Source: Yuukianura sp. NJ FZ-2021
Taxonomy: Eukaryota
Length of the DNA stretch: 64,000 nucleotides
NCBI GenBank assembly: GCA_046563655.1
Contig: CM102288.1
Location: 248,001-312,000 of the forward strand
Reading direction: 5' to 3'
In this document: piece by piece, positions 14,301 to 27,804 of the stretch
Numbering within the stretch: position 1 is the stretch's first letter
Layout of the letters: each line of letters starts with the position of its first letter
The notes under the pieces: model-generated
Database searches by the model: none
What the model was told of the DNA's origin: nothing
The model's input: only the letters and a program-made list of their open reading frames with translations
Position numbers and translations under genes: made by a program

Positions 14301-15495
14301 CAGTCCAATGTTGACTCCGAAGTACTCCTTGATGTGGTCCAGCGGTTGACACTTGAGGCAGTTTTTGAGCGAAGCCCATTCAGTATACTAAATCACAATT
14401 AATTAATTAGTTAATCATAATTAATTATGATTAATTAATTAGTTAAATCAAGTATAAAAAGAGTAATTTTTGTACCAGAAGTTGACGCTGACCGCCTGGA
14501 ATCCGCAAGTCACCCTAAAAACAAAGTCAACATTTTAAGGTCAGCGGGGTCAACATTTTTTGAAAATCCAACCGCGATACTTAGCAACTCCAAAATTTAG
14601 TTTTAAGTGATGCTGGAACTTACATCATGGAGTGGATATGCTGCGCTGTAGACTTTATCGTTGATGAGCCGTTCAATTCCGAAAGCAAAATCGTCGAACG
14701 GATCGTCCGAAAAGCGTTTTCGACGAATAATGAAATCGACAATACTCGAACGCATGCCTTGTGTAAAGAAATTTTCATCGTCGATATCAAATCTAAAGGA
14801 AAAAAATAGCATCGAAAATTAAAAATTTCTGAAAATGGAAATTTGGAAATTAAAATTCCGTACAAGTAGTCTTTGTCCCGACTGTAGATTGCGGTGAGTC
14901 GTTGATTGAGCGGTGGAAACTTAAATTTGTCGTAATCAAAGTGCTTGCTACACCAATTCACTAATCGACTCCAACGTTTCCGAGTTGACCTCAAAGTCTA
15001 AAAGGTCAAAGGTCACAAAGTTAAAAAGCCAAAATTTTAAGGATCAAAAAATTACTTCATGTCCAGAAGAAGACACCACCTCTGCCGTTGCCTCTTGTTC
15101 AATCTAAAATAAAAAATTGGCCTTCATTAATCAATTAATTTGAGCAGAATTTAAATGAAAGGTCAAAGGTCATTGACCTCCTTCATGGGCATCCGAAGTC
15201 GCATGATCTCTGCATATCTTCTGAGAACCTCCGTAGATGCTTCAATTTTGACAAAATTGAGTCGACTTCCTTCCAGCGATTCTCTCTCCAGCAAAAGCCC
15301 TTCTTCTTCCAAATTCTGTTCAAATATCCTCCGCTTCTCCAGAATTTCACTCTCATGTTCCGCTTTTTTAAAACTCTTTTTCCGTTTTGCACTAAATTCT
15401 TCTTCGTCAGAGTCAAGTTCAGCGTCTTCCTCTTTTGGAGTGCCACTGCGTGATGCTTCCCAAACCAGCACAAAATCAATGTACTTGAGTGACAT
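11355..15495 (-). CDS. Anoctamin/TMEM16 family Ca2+-activated channel/scramblase (multi-exon)
   Basis: Exons give IDFVLVW, YSAAYPLHD, EYFGVNIGLYFAWLGFYT, MCPLCSEVCQYWRL, FMLQFVNYYGSIFYIAFFKG and [38 protein letters not shown] (Ca2+-binding acidic residues intact). GT-AG introns. Start ATG at 15495 is tentative. Confidence 0.95.
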
Positions 15496-15962
15496 TTTTC
15501 CAGAGATGAGCCTAAACTGGGCTTTCACTCCTGGAAATTGTGTCTACCGTTTCCTCATTCAAACTCCAACATTTAATTAGGTTAACTCGTAATTCTCAAC
15601 CGCAAAAAAATTATCGGTTGAAGACTTTTTGCACAATGTTTACAAAAATGGATCCTGCCTTGTGTTGTGTGCGAATTTAAAAATCAATTAAGTCCAAATT
15701 AACAAGCAATTAATTGTTATCTGCCCACAACCACATCCTGTGGGCTACTTGTTCTAGCCGAACACAAAAGTTCCATATCTCTTCATGGAAAAGGTGCGAA
15801 GAAGAGGAAATTAGTTGCAAAAATTTATACTGCCAATACAATTTCAAATTCGGACAATGTTGGTGGAAATGCTGTTTATTCAATGCCAATTCCCAAAGAT
15901 TGGATGAAAACTGCCGATTGATGAAAATATCGAGTTGATGTTTGGAAAAAAATATGATCGGC

Positions 15963-17892
15963 TTAGATCTTGTTGAAGGCGGCGATGTCCACGCTTTGCA
16001 CCTTTTGAAAAAAAAAAAAGTTCGTTAGATTCAGAATTTTGAGAAGAATTCGATAGGTACGGATGAGATTTTTGATCTTGAAGCTGGAATTTGTCTTACA
16101 AAATCTTCAAAGGCCTCGATCTTCTCTGAGAGCTCTTCGACGGAAACCTTGTCATCTTCCACAACAGTCGTGATTTGGAGCTTGTTGATTCCGTAACTGC
16201 AAAGTGATAACATTTGAAAAGCGAACAGTATAGTGCTGGTGAGCAAAAATCCCAAAGATCTTACCCGACTGGGACCAACTTGGAAGTTCCCCAGAGAAGA
16301 CCGTCCATTTGAATGGATCGAACGGCAGCTTCAAGTTCTGCACAAAAACAACAGTTTTGTTAAATCGTTAGTTAATACAAAGTTAGATTATGGTCTGTCT
16401 TCTCACCTTTCATGTCAGTTTCATCATCCCACGGCTTCACCTCCAAGATAACATTGGATTTGGCAACAAGAGCAGGCTCTAAAAAAAATGACATTTGAAA
16501 TTTTGAATCTCTGTGAGATTATGTTGAATTTTAAAATTTTGGTTGCGTACTCTTGGCTTTCTTGGCAGCGTATTCAGCCAATCGCTTCTCTTTGAGAGCA
16601 GCAGCCTCCTTGCTTTCCTCTTCATCTTCCGAACCGAAGAGGTCAACATCGTCATCATCATCGGCCTTCTTGGAGTCGCCAGCAGCGGGTACTGGAGCAG
16701 GAGTTGGTTTGACAGAAGTGGTGGTTGGACAGCAAGGTTTGACGGCCGCCGGGGCAGCTTTGCATCCCGTTTCCAGCTTGGCGACTCGTTCCGTCAGCTG
16801 CTTCACTTGACTCTCGAGCAGTTCCACCTTCTTCTTCAAAATGGCGTTTTCCTCCCTCATTTCTGGATCTTCAGAAGATACTCCACCTGAGGGAAAAGAA
16901 GTGGGAGTAGTAGCAGAGGATTTATAACCTAATGCAGCTTGAATGTGTTCTCGAGCCATGGCAACTTGTTCGGCGAGACTAAGAGTAGTTGTCGATGTAG
17001 ATTCAGCCTTGGAATCGCTGGCAGCGACCGGCGCTGGAGCAGCCTCAGGCACGACTGTTGCCTGGACATGAGTCAATGTCAATTCTTTAGTAGAGGAAGG
17101 AGTAGGAGGTGCAGCAGTTCCATCCCCTTGACCCCGCTTAGCACAGCCTGTTAGACAATTAAGCAAAGACAGGGTAAGGATTAGATTGGCACTTTAAATG
17201 TTGTCGGGAGAGGAGCCTAGACTGAGACAAGACAAAATCACCCGGAAATAAGATCATGCAAAAAAGACAAGATTTACAAGACATTACATTAAATAAATCG
17301 GGGAAAACAAGCAGTAACGCAACGATTTCACAAACGAAAGACTTGGAAACAAATCATAGCCACTGCAGTGCATCTTAACAACATGTATTGAAGCTTTTCA
17401 GCAACAAGAAATGCAAATGAAACTAAAAAGAAACGTCAAATGTCCGAAGAGCCAGCAACGTGAAATGTCAAATATGTCATCGGGAAGTCGGATAGTTTTT
17501 CGCTTCTTGCTTGTTCAAATGTCCAAATGTCGTCAATATCATCCCAAAAGAACAGTTGTCTACTAAAAGGAGAGTCTACTACAGTGTATAGTAGTGTGAG
17601 CGTCAAGGTCAACGAAAGATCTAAATCAACATTACAAGTTAACACCAACCCAAAATTAAATAAAAACACCGTTCAAGCCACTATATCTGCTAAAAAAGAG
17701 AAAATATACAAACACAGATCGTTCGGAGTATCCTGATAGATTGGATCCAGAAGACTCTGGAACGGCAATGAACTTTGAACTTAAATTTTTGAACTTACTC
17801 CGACTTTCCTGGTAATTCCGTTCAGCCTCGGCGTACTTCAAGGAGTCAAGCGTGAAAGCAAACGACTGCAAGATCAGCAACCTATTGTCCAT
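15963..17892 (-). CDS. EEF1D: Translation elongation factor 1-delta (eEF1B-delta)
   Basis: Exon 1 (17799-17892) has [11 protein letters not shown]. Later exons give a leucine-zipper-like [23 protein letters not shown], the acidic [17 protein letters not shown] and the GEF domain [10 protein letters not shown]...[12 protein letters not shown]. Confidence 0.93.
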
Positions 17893-18579
17893 CGATATCC
17901 ACTTGACAAGGTCTTTTAAATGAGAGAATTTATGCAAATTCTCTTACGGTAAATTGGAGATCTTGACACGAAGACGGCGTGAACAGCAGAGACCGGAATC
18001 AAAGTGAAGATGAAACTTGAAACACGCTGTCAATTTTTTCAGAAATTCCTTTAGTTTTTAATTTGCGCATGTCTTTGCATTGCAAAATTCCATAATTTCC
18101 AAAACCACTCCCAAAAGAATGCATACAATCTATCGCAGAAGTGGTTTTAGCTTACTACCCCGATTAATTGGATGTAAATATAGCACAAACTAGTCCCAAT
18201 TTCATTGCATACTTAGTTCAAATCAAATTTATTTGGGATTTATTATCACTTTAATTATATTAATAGCAAATAATATGTTAATTTACATAGGCATGCACTC
18301 CAAAAGTAGACGAGGTAACTGAGGCGCTAAACTGCAGGACACGAAACTTTGAATTTTGAATTTCCCGCGGTTTATTTTGGTGTTTCAAAAATTTGTAAGC
18401 GCTATTTTTAGAAATTGGAACGAGCAGAGTGGAAGTACTTTTGTAACACGCTGTACTTAACCTTAGAATAGGTCGGTATTTTGCTCTTCTCTCGTGAAAG
18501 TAAAAGAAGAATCAGGTGAGAGTTTAGTTGAATTAAATTAATCGATTAGTTGAGTTACTAATTTGTGTTTGGTAGAACA

Positions 18580-19143
18580 ATGGCTTGGGGAGAGTATCAT
18601 CCACTTTACAACCCAAAGGTCCACGGACCATATGACCCAGCAAGATGGTATGGGAAACGTAAGTCCGAAATTCATTTTCGTTTTCTGGGATTTGATCAGC
18701 TGTTTCTTCATTTTCTAATTTCTGTTTCATGTTTTGTAGCGGATACTCCATTTGGACAAGTGAAGTTGGGTGAACTGGGAAAATGGGTTGGACGTCGGAA
18801 CATGTCACCACCGGCTATCGTTTCAGCTCTCAGTCGAAGTAAGTGTACAAGTTACGAAGAAGGAGATAATGTTGCTCCAATCCAATTCTATTTTGTACTT
18901 ATTCCAGGCTGGTGGAGATACCAACATCGCTGGCAAATGCCGCTGAAGCCAAGCATGGCCGGAACGTTTCAGATCGTCTTTGCGTTCATGGGCTTGTTCT
19001 ATTACATGAACTACGAGAAATACCGTAAGTACAACTGCAAATATGGACCTAAAACCTACTTGAAAATGCTTCTGAGATGTTAACTCACTCCTACTCTGGC
19101 TTGTTTTGTAGGAACTCATCGCCTATACAAATACCACTGGTAA
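18580..19143 (+). CDS. ATP5MF: Mitochondrial ATP synthase subunit f
   Basis: Four coding exons: MAWGEYHPLYNPKVHGPYDPARWYGK / DTPFGQVKLGELGKWVGRR / WWRYQHRW / HRLYKYHW*; typical arthropod subunit f motifs. Confidence 0.93.
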
Positions 19144-19487
19144 ACAAGTCAGCTCAAGGTCATAGTTCAATATTAGAACAAAACTCCCTGGATTATTTGC
19201 TGCCACCTTCTGAATGAGTCCTTGAATTCGAATCGTAAAATTGTAGCAAATGGAGATATGTAACCGTAATCCAAGTTCACTAGTAAAAATTACAATAATT
19301 GAGTCTTGTCGTCAGAAAATCTGAATTCATTGGATTTAATTCACCTTAAACCGAAGTTGGATAACCAGATCACAAAATTAATCGGTATTTGTGAGCAGAG
19401 GCACACAATCATGAGTCACTAAATTGTCTATTATTCCCTTCAAGGGAAGAACTGCGATAGAATGCGGGAGTCGGAAGATGGAATCTG

Positions 19488-20408
19488 TTAGGCTTTCCTT
19501 GGTGGGTCTTCTGGACGTTGAGCTGTGGCTGACGAGGGAGGTGGGGCGGGGGCCTGTCCGGGTGGGCATGTACATTTATCCTTATCATCGACTACTTTAA
19601 CAATAATTACTGGGCCTGCAGTACTAGTGGACGTGGTGGGTTCAGGAGTTTTGCCAGAGTCTTGTACTGGTGGCACAATGAAATCGACGGCAGTCCATAG
19701 TAAGTTATTCAACCTGGTGTAGATGGAAACTCCTTCGTCTTCTTTTGTTTGAGTTCTATGATGCTCTGGGATATCATCGGTGTCAATTGAGGTTGGATCG
19801 ATGTAGTGGACAGATGGCACATTAACACGAAGGGCCCGAACTAGTTCCCGAATTTGAGTCTCTTGTTTTGCTTTAGCGAAGTACAGTTCTTTCAATTCTG
19901 ATTGAATACGAGCAAGTTCTTCTTTCCGATCGGCTTCTTTCAAAGATTCCTTCCGCGTTTGTCGAATAAATTCGAAAGTTAAAACGGCTAAAAGAGAGAG
20001 AAATATGAAGTCGAGATTAAACAAAAGTGTTTTGTAATTAGATTTTTCAATCCTTACCTGCAGCAATTGAAAAAATTATTCCCTCTCCTAGTAATTCAGC
20101 GCCTAGCTCGATAGCCATATTTTCGTTTAAAGGAGTTACGTTTACCGGTTTTCCTAAGTTCATCGACCACATTTTCAGCTTCACATCGCACCAATGATAG
20201 ACTATAAATTAAATACTCCAATTAAGTACAGGGAAGTGAAGAATTATTGAATTTGAAACAGTGAGATCTTACATTGTGCTGGAGGCATGCAAATATATGT
20301 CCGGAAGAAAGGGCTGTTTTTGGCTCGGACCTTGACAGCATTTGCCAGTGGTTTTGACATTTGCTTCAACAGAATGGCCCCTAACTTGAAAGCTGGAAAC
20401 GCAACCAT
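19488..20408 (-). CDS. OPA3: OPA3-like protein with long C-terminal extension
   Basis: MVAFPAFKLGAILLKQMSKPLANAVKVRAKNSPFFRTYICMPPAQ, then PLNENMAIELGAELLGEG and a coiled coil. Confidence 0.9.
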
Positions 20409-21821
20409 GGTGACACTGACGTGACGACGACGTTTGCAGTCAGCACTCCAGCAACACTGGTAGTGACTAGATCGTCCGACTAGTCCAATACATGGATCAA
20501 TCCACTTCTTTCGTCTGCTCTTTGTAACTTCGAGGGTTGCTGGAATCGAATACAGAAAGTTTCAGGATCACCATTGACTATTCCTGGACAAGTTGTGTTA
20601 AGGATTAGAGCCTGCATAAAATAAAATACTATGTTTAGTAAAATATTCCAAATAATTTATAAAGTTTTCTGAAGTAATGAGGAAATGCCGGAATTTGAAT
20701 TACCTAAGTTTAAACCCGATTTTCAGCGGAAGAAACTCCGATCTGCGCGATTAATTAATCAATTAATAATCAATTAATTTTTGCTAAAAAAAAACCAATT
20801 TGTTTCTTTGATAAAACTTTGATTTCTCATTTTTTCACTTCAAATTCTGAAAAAAAAGAGAATTTAATTTGAAACAGTGTTTCTCATTCGCGCCACGTTC
20901 TGGAAGACAGATTTCGGGAAACCGCCGCAAGCCAAGTACGGCACCTTCATTTGTGCAATTAATTGAAACGTTAATCACGATTAATTAGTTTGACTTTGAC
21001 TACTTTTTATCACGAAAACCGCGGATTCATTCAAACAGCAAGAATGCCAGGGAATCAAGCAGCCATTGCTGGAAGGGAACAGTACGCATGAGCAAACCGG
21101 AGGTTCAAACAACGCTTGAAAGGTTTGAAATTCCCAGAGATGGCGCCACTGCGTGACTCCTTATAGCCATGAAATTTTTGAAACGAATGACCCCGTGACC
21201 TAGTAACAATTCTCACTCCCTCAGTCAATAATTAGCTAATAAGAGATCTAAACTATCCATTTGGATTAAAAAGAACTCTTTCCCATTGTCTCTTTTACAA
21301 TCTACACCCCTTTTAAGTTCTCTTGTGAATCAAACATGGTGTTATTTTTCGATCATCTCTGCCTTTGGACCATAAACATTCCTGTAATGGTTTCTGACCA
21401 CTACAGGATTTATACTAAACTGCATCAACAACAATCCAAAGGATGCCAAAACCTTTAATGACACACTCAAAACTTAAGCCTAACTTGAATCTTGGATTTA
21501 GTGTTGAATTGGCACTGGCCGAACCAGGATATCGTCACTTTCCACACTTCACGCTACTTTTTGAAATTTCGAAATTAATTTCCTTACGACTTTTCTTGAT
21601 CTGCATCAATTTTTCTTAAGTTTTCCAACTCATTTCCTCGATTGCTATACTTGGAGTGGTGGAGGCTCGTTGACCTTCTACTGGTCAGTTGCCCTTGATC
21701 AGTTTTAATTAAACTTCCGAACTTTTCTTCCTAGAATTACACACAAAATTTACATCAGATCAAAATCAAACAAGTTCCAGAAACGACTTGTTCATTTTCA
21801 GTTACTAAACAAGCGACCAAA

Positions 21822-23170
21822 ATGGTTGTTCAAAATACTAACAAGGAGGCCGAAGCTCTTGTTAAGGTAAGCCTATCGTCATCAATCAACTAACAAAAGT
21901 TGTCGAAATTTTGAAAAGTATAATGTTTTAATCGAATTTGTAGTTTCGATCTCATGTCAAAGATTTATTTGTGGATCCAGAGGACCATTTTTTACTTCGC
22001 TGGTTGAGGGGTAATGCGAGACAATTTTAACTGCAATTTTTTTAAAACTAAAGCCAAAACCATGTTTTAAAAAAGCGTTTTTTATAGCACGTAATTTGGA
22101 TGTGAAGAAAGCTGAAGACATGCTTCGAAATGTAACCTATTATTTTTCGGAATTTCTCTTCTAAAAAGTTCTAAAATTTCAAAACTTTTTTTTTAATTCT
22201 CAAATCTTGCCTGATTTCTGTAGTATGTTGAATGGCGTAAAAACAATGAAGACTTGCGCAATGTTTTGAACTGGTTCCCACGAAAAGCTGTGCTGGATAA
22301 TATCAAATACAAGTTCACAGGATTCGATGGAGAAGGGCGTCCAGGTCAGTTACATGCAAAAAACAAGCAACTTACAAAAAAAATTCGCAATGTTGTGGTT
22401 TTGCGAAATTTCGGGAAAGTTGAACTGCGGAAATTTCAGCAACCAAGAAATTGCAGACATGTGAAAAAACAAAAACTGTTTTTCGTGGTTCTGCGAAATT
22501 TTGGGAAATCCAAAGTTATAAAATGTTGAACGTATTTATATCGCAATTTTGTTTTTGTAAAAGTTCTCTGGCTTCCCATTGGTCGCTGGGAACTCCGGCG
22601 ACTGTTGGCAGAAGGATGTCGTTCAGACTGCATCCGCTACCAATACAAAATCCTTGAAGAAATTTCACTGGCTGTGGAAAAACAACGCCAAATCCATGGG
22701 CTCAACCAATTCGTACTTGTTGCAGACAGTGCGGAACTTACGTTCTGGAAACTCGCAAATTACGAAAGTAATTTCATCAAAATTCAAAAATTGCAACTTT
22801 TGAAATTTTTTGTTGTAATTTCAGCGGTAGAAATCATTCTGAAATTCTTCAAAGAATTCGAATCCTACTTTCCGGAATTGCTTCACAGTTGCTACATTGT
22901 GAACAGTGAGTACTGGGGGTCAATGACCCCTAGAAATATTTCAATTTTTAAATATATTATAAAATAAATAATGTAATATATTAATTAGATCCGATGGTGT
23001 TTTCATACATTTTCAACATTGTGAAACCACTGCTATCGTCTCACACGCTATCCAAAGTTCAACTGTTCGATTGCAACGAATCCAAATGGAAACCGATTCT
23101 TTTGAAAGCGATTCCAGCAGAATCACTGCCAGTGGAATACGGTGGCACAGCTCCACCAGTTCTCTCTTAA
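21822..23170 (+). CDS. SEC14-like CRAL-TRIO lipid-binding protein (short; no GOLD domain seen)
   Basis: Spliced exons give EDHFLLRWLR, RNLDVKKAEDML, GFDGEGRP, FESYFPELLHSCYIVN and IPAESLPVEYGG. Confidence 0.88.
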
Positions 23171-23976
23171 AATTCTTAATTAGTCAATTAGTAATTAACA
23201 CCAGCTAATTAGTTTTCACATTCACAAAATATTCAACAATTCATATGAAAATTTTCAATAAATCTTGTATTTTTGTATCCATTTACATTTCAATTTTCAG
23301 ACCTTGGATTTTTTTAAATTCTTGATTGAAAAAAGTTTTAATTAGAAGTTAATGAACAGGAAAAAGTAATCATGAAGACGCGATGATAGATATTTAGGAT
23401 TCAATCAGAAAAATGATTATTCACACAATTTATGAAAACAAAAGAGTTTGTTTTATTGTTCTCACAAAGCTATTTTTGTGTCAAGGTCATCTAAATTTAC
23501 ACGGTAAAGTTTACACGGTCTGTTTAGTAGGCGTAAAAGTCAAGGTTAGTTCATAACAATGTTCTGCTTCACGCTTATTAATTAATTAATTTGACGTCCT
23601 TCTATTGACAATTAACGCCATTGTTTTATACGTATATTTTATCTGTAGTACAAATACTTTGTTAGAAGTGTTAATTAAGAATTGCGTAACGAAGACGTCT
23701 AATTCAAACCTGGTTCAATGAAAAAGTAAAGTGTTTATTGCATCATCTGTTTTTTGTTTACTGTGCAGCAGTTGCCCAATTTCCGTTGATTTGTCGTACA
23801 GCAAGTTACGATTACCGATTACGATTAGTAATCGTAATAATTCGAGAGTGGAGTGGAGAGTCTTTTGAACGAGTTCTGTGACGCAGGTATGGGTTGGTTG
23901 AATTGAACCGACGGCGTATAAATCATTTAACAAGAAACACTAGTTAATTAAAATTGTAATTAATTACTTACTAAAA

Positions 23977-24980
23977 ATGGCTAATTCTACAGAGGAACGT
24001 TCTGTACAAATTGATGGGTGGAAGAAAATTCAAGATGAACTACGGACACAAGTTATTGCATACGACACGGAAGAGTGGCAACAAGACTTCGGGTAAGTTC
24101 GAGATGGAATCGGAAAAACAATTTTTTTTTATCACAAACGTATCACTTACGCTGTTTTATTTAGAAAACTGAAATATGTCGCCGGGTTGGACATTTCAAC
24201 ACCAAAAGATGGACGAGTTGATGACCAAGGTCACACCGTAGCCTACACTGCAATTGGGATTTACTCATTTCCTAACCTGAAGGTCGTTCATCAAGAAGTT
24301 CAAGCGATTACACTGGATACACCTTACGTTCCAGGTTTGAATTTAAACGATTGATATTCGTTCGTATTACTGACGATACGTTTGTTATACGTTTCTTGTT
24401 TTTATTCAAAGGTTTCCTGGCCTTTCGAGAAGCTCCAGCAGTATGCCGTCTAGTCGAAAAAGTACTTTCGGAAAAACCGCATCTACGGCCAGACGTTCTT
24501 CTCATCGATGGAAACGGGATTCTACATCCGCAGCGATGTGGCCTCGCTTGCCACATCGGCCTCAAACTGAACATTCCTACTATTGGTGTTGCCAAAAATC
24601 TATTTTTCATTGAAGAGCTGGATATCCAAGATAGAAGTTCTGTTCAAGGGATGAACAAAGCCGGAGACTTTATTGAATTGAAGTCACACAACAATGAAGT
24701 ACTTGGAATGGTGAATTCATTTCTTTAAACCATCACAATAATCTGCTCCACGAATGTAACAATAGGTGCTAAATCAATGCAGTTTCAATTTTAGGCCTTG
24801 AAAACGAGTGACCCCTGCAAAAATCCAGTGTATGTCTCCATAGGGCACAAGATCAGTTTGGATACGGCAAGGAAGGTTGTGCTGGCAGTGAGCAAGTATC
24901 GTGTTCCAGAACCAGTTCGACTGGCGGATCGTATTTCGCGGGAAGCAATAGCTGCTGATATTAAGTCTGCTAACAAGTGA
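23977..24980 (+). CDS. ENDOV: Endonuclease V (inosine-specific nuclease)
   Basis: [44 protein letters not shown] and [11 protein letters not shown] motifs across four exons. Confidence 0.95.
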
Positions 24981-25069
24981 ACGATTATTGTTGATTTAAT
25001 ACGAAACATGTACTCAAAAAAATGTTAAGATTGCGTACAAAGGAATGAAGAGAGAAGTGTTACTTGTGA

Positions 25070-25945
25070 TTAATCTGAGTCTGACAGAGTTACAACTTCA
25101 GTTGAGGGTTGACCTTTAGTTTTTCCAGGAGATGACTTTCGTTTGGTAGTGGGACTTCGTGATCCTGTAGAAGTGGAGGTGGAGCCAGTACTTGTGCTGG
25201 GGGCGGATCTAGAACTACTATCTTCCGACTTCCTATTAGCAATGGAATCTTTCTTCCTCTGTTGCTGATCACGGAAATCTAAACAGAGCAGAGTGAATTG
25301 TCACATGATTACTTGAGTAAATGTCGCTATGTATTCTAATAACACTAGTCACTGTGTTATACTAAACTGTTCAGTGAACGAAACAACCAAGACTATCAAT
25401 TTAATCCAAAGGATTTTGGCAGTGACAATCCGATGTTTCATACCGGGACTCCAATTAATTTGCCAGTCAGAAAGGAGAGCAAGCGATATCGTCACAGAAG
25501 CTCAGGTAGCTTCGAGATCAAGTGCTCAGGGTGTGCTGGCTTATCTTCAGTATAAAACAAATCATACTTAGCTTATCAATCAACTTACTCTGGAGTGAGC
25601 GCTTGAGCGGCTCAACAAACATTGGAAAATCCATTTCCTGGACGGCTTCAATCACGTCGGTCCCGTTCATCGTTTTCCGTCCATGTTTAGCAGCCATTGA
25701 TGTAGCTGTACAGAAAAAGTAACAAAAACCGTCAAACATTATTTTTATTACATCAACATTGTAATTAATCAAGTTGTCGATAGTGATTAACCTGTAGCTG
25801 TTGTATAAAGTATGAAAACGGATGCTGTTTTGCAAAGAGCCTTCCTAACTTCAGCAGAGACGATAGTGTTTGGAGGAATTGCTTCATTGATGATCCGACT
25901 AATGACGGCTTGTGGTAGAGCCAAGTCTTCTGGCTTTTCTGCCAT
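25070..25945 (-). CDS. POLE3: DNA polymerase epsilon subunit 3 / CHRAC17 histone-fold protein
   Basis: MAEKPEDLALPQAVISRIINEAIP, RKTMNGTDVIEAVQEMDFPMFVEPLKRSL, and a last exon 25278-25070 beginning (N)FRDQQQRKKDS. Confidence 0.9.
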
Positions 25946-26252
25946 ATCAATAGTAATGGTCAATGTTTTTAAATCGAAATTTAGCACACCGATTTCGTAT
26001 CCTTCTGTTTTTCGTTTTTCCCTTCGAAAACTTCGCAGCTCTTTCCTTCTTACTTCTCTTGGTCTTATTCTCTTGTTTTTCTTTCTTCTCTCAAGAAAAT
26101 TCGAACTTGGCTCCGATAATCCCCGCGTGCTGAAACAGAAAAATCATGTTTCAGAAATCCGTTTCAGAAAACATCAAAATCCCAAGACAGAGGAACAAAT
26201 CGGATAATGTGAAACTAAAATCTGTATTCAGAGTTATTAGACTCTTACTTTT

Positions 26253-27804
26253 TTAATTAAAGTAGACATAGCCAACTCCCTCTACGAGATGAAGGGATTT
26301 AAGGATAGTTTGGAATGGCCCATCACTATCAAATGTCAGCTCCTGTGCAAATTTGACAATTAGGACATGATCTCCGAAGTTCGGAGTTCGAGTAATTAGA
26401 ATCTATAGGTTACTTACGGTTTTTACACAAATGACAATCGGTGGACGAGCATCTCGAGCATGGCGAATTGGTATTTTCCTGGGCGACGGATGGGGCTGAT
26501 AGTGACCGTAGTCGATTTTTCTGGTGTCCACGTCGTAAAATGATACAACTTTAGCTTGATTCTCACTTTTCAGGCTCTTATAAAATCTTCGTCCTAATTT
26601 CCCTGCGTTCCAAATCGAAAACGACTTCCATCTCCGCAAAATCTTGGATTCAAGGCGGTCCAACCTTAATGTTCTGATGCTGTCTCTAAAACAATCACCA
26701 AAGAATCAAAAATTCGGACTTTTAAATTCATGAAACTAAATAACTTACTAAATAACTAATAATAAATAAGTAACTTACTCGTTTACTGAATAAGTAGCAC
26801 CCGAGAAATTAAAGCGATACTTGAGCAACGGTAGGTCAACGCGATATACACTTCCTCCCAGATCCAAGTGCTTGTAAAAGAAGTCCAAGTCCTCTGGAAA
26901 CCCATGCTCTACTTCACTGAATCCGCCAGCCACTTTGTTAAAAACAGAGCGGTGACAAAACCAAGTTGGCATTATAATGGTTGGACCGAAGGAGCAAAAT
27001 ACTTGTGTGGACAATTGATGTTGGGTTAGAGAGTTTGCCCAGTAAGTGTAATTCCTGGTTGAGTCTTCCGGAATTCGCCTGAACTGGGATCCAACAAGCT
27101 AATTCAAACCAAATCAATACCGAGATTGGAGTAGACTGGACACTGGAATAAGCATGAGATTGGAGCACTTACGGCGTCCGGAAATTGTAATGCCAAGTCA
27201 AGTTGTTTGAAAATTCTATCTGGAAGCATCACGTCGTCCTATGCCAGTTGAAACCAATATAAGTCAAGCACTACAACTTGAATGCCAAAAAATCATGATT
27301 ACCGCATCACAGAAGCAGAGAAATTCCCCTGTGGATTGTTCGATAGCACGGTTTTTAGCAAATCCAACTAAAAAAAAAGTGGAAATTAAGTTTTCCATTC
27401 GCAAGGTCTGAACCTGACTTACCTCCTCTTGGTTTGCCGCTGTCGTTTCGCCTAGAAACCACGGAAAACGTAAACCGGTCGAAAGCAACTTGAGGTTCAC
27501 CAGTACAATTCAAATCGAAATCCTGTAAATTTCTTGTCCATGTTTGGATGATTTGTGGCGTAGTATCGGACGAAGCGTCGTCATAAATGGAAACTTGGAT
27601 GTTGAAAGAATGTGCTGTAGATTGTTCCAGTGGTGGTATTCGCTGACCCTTGATTGAATCCAAACATTCCTCCAGAAATGCTTCACCGTTATAAACCGGC
27701 ACAATCACAGAGACAATCACAGGAACGGACGCAGTACCCGCCACGGGCGTTGCTGAGCAGTTTACTAGAAGATCCACTGTAAACAAACACAAACTGTAAA
27801 CCAT
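26253..27804 (-). CDS. B3GNTL1: B3GNTL1-like GT2 glycosyltransferase (queuosine-tRNA galactosyltransferase family)
   Basis: VSVIVPVYNGEAFLEECLDSI, GVGFAKNRAIEQSTGEFLCFCDA, GPTIIMPTWFCHR, PEDLDFFYKHLDLGG, SIWNAGKLGRRFYKSL, PPIVICVK and LKSLHLVEGVGYVYFN*. Start codon uncertain. Confidence 0.9.

Noticed and set aside
14414..14437. 24-bp palindrome TTAATCATAATTAATTATGATTAA in an anoctamin intron
   Set aside because: Embedded in low-complexity TAAT repeats that are common throughout this window.
18565..19083. 172-aa ORF as one protein
   Set aside because: It reads through in-frame introns of the ATP synthase f gene; the spliced model fits better.
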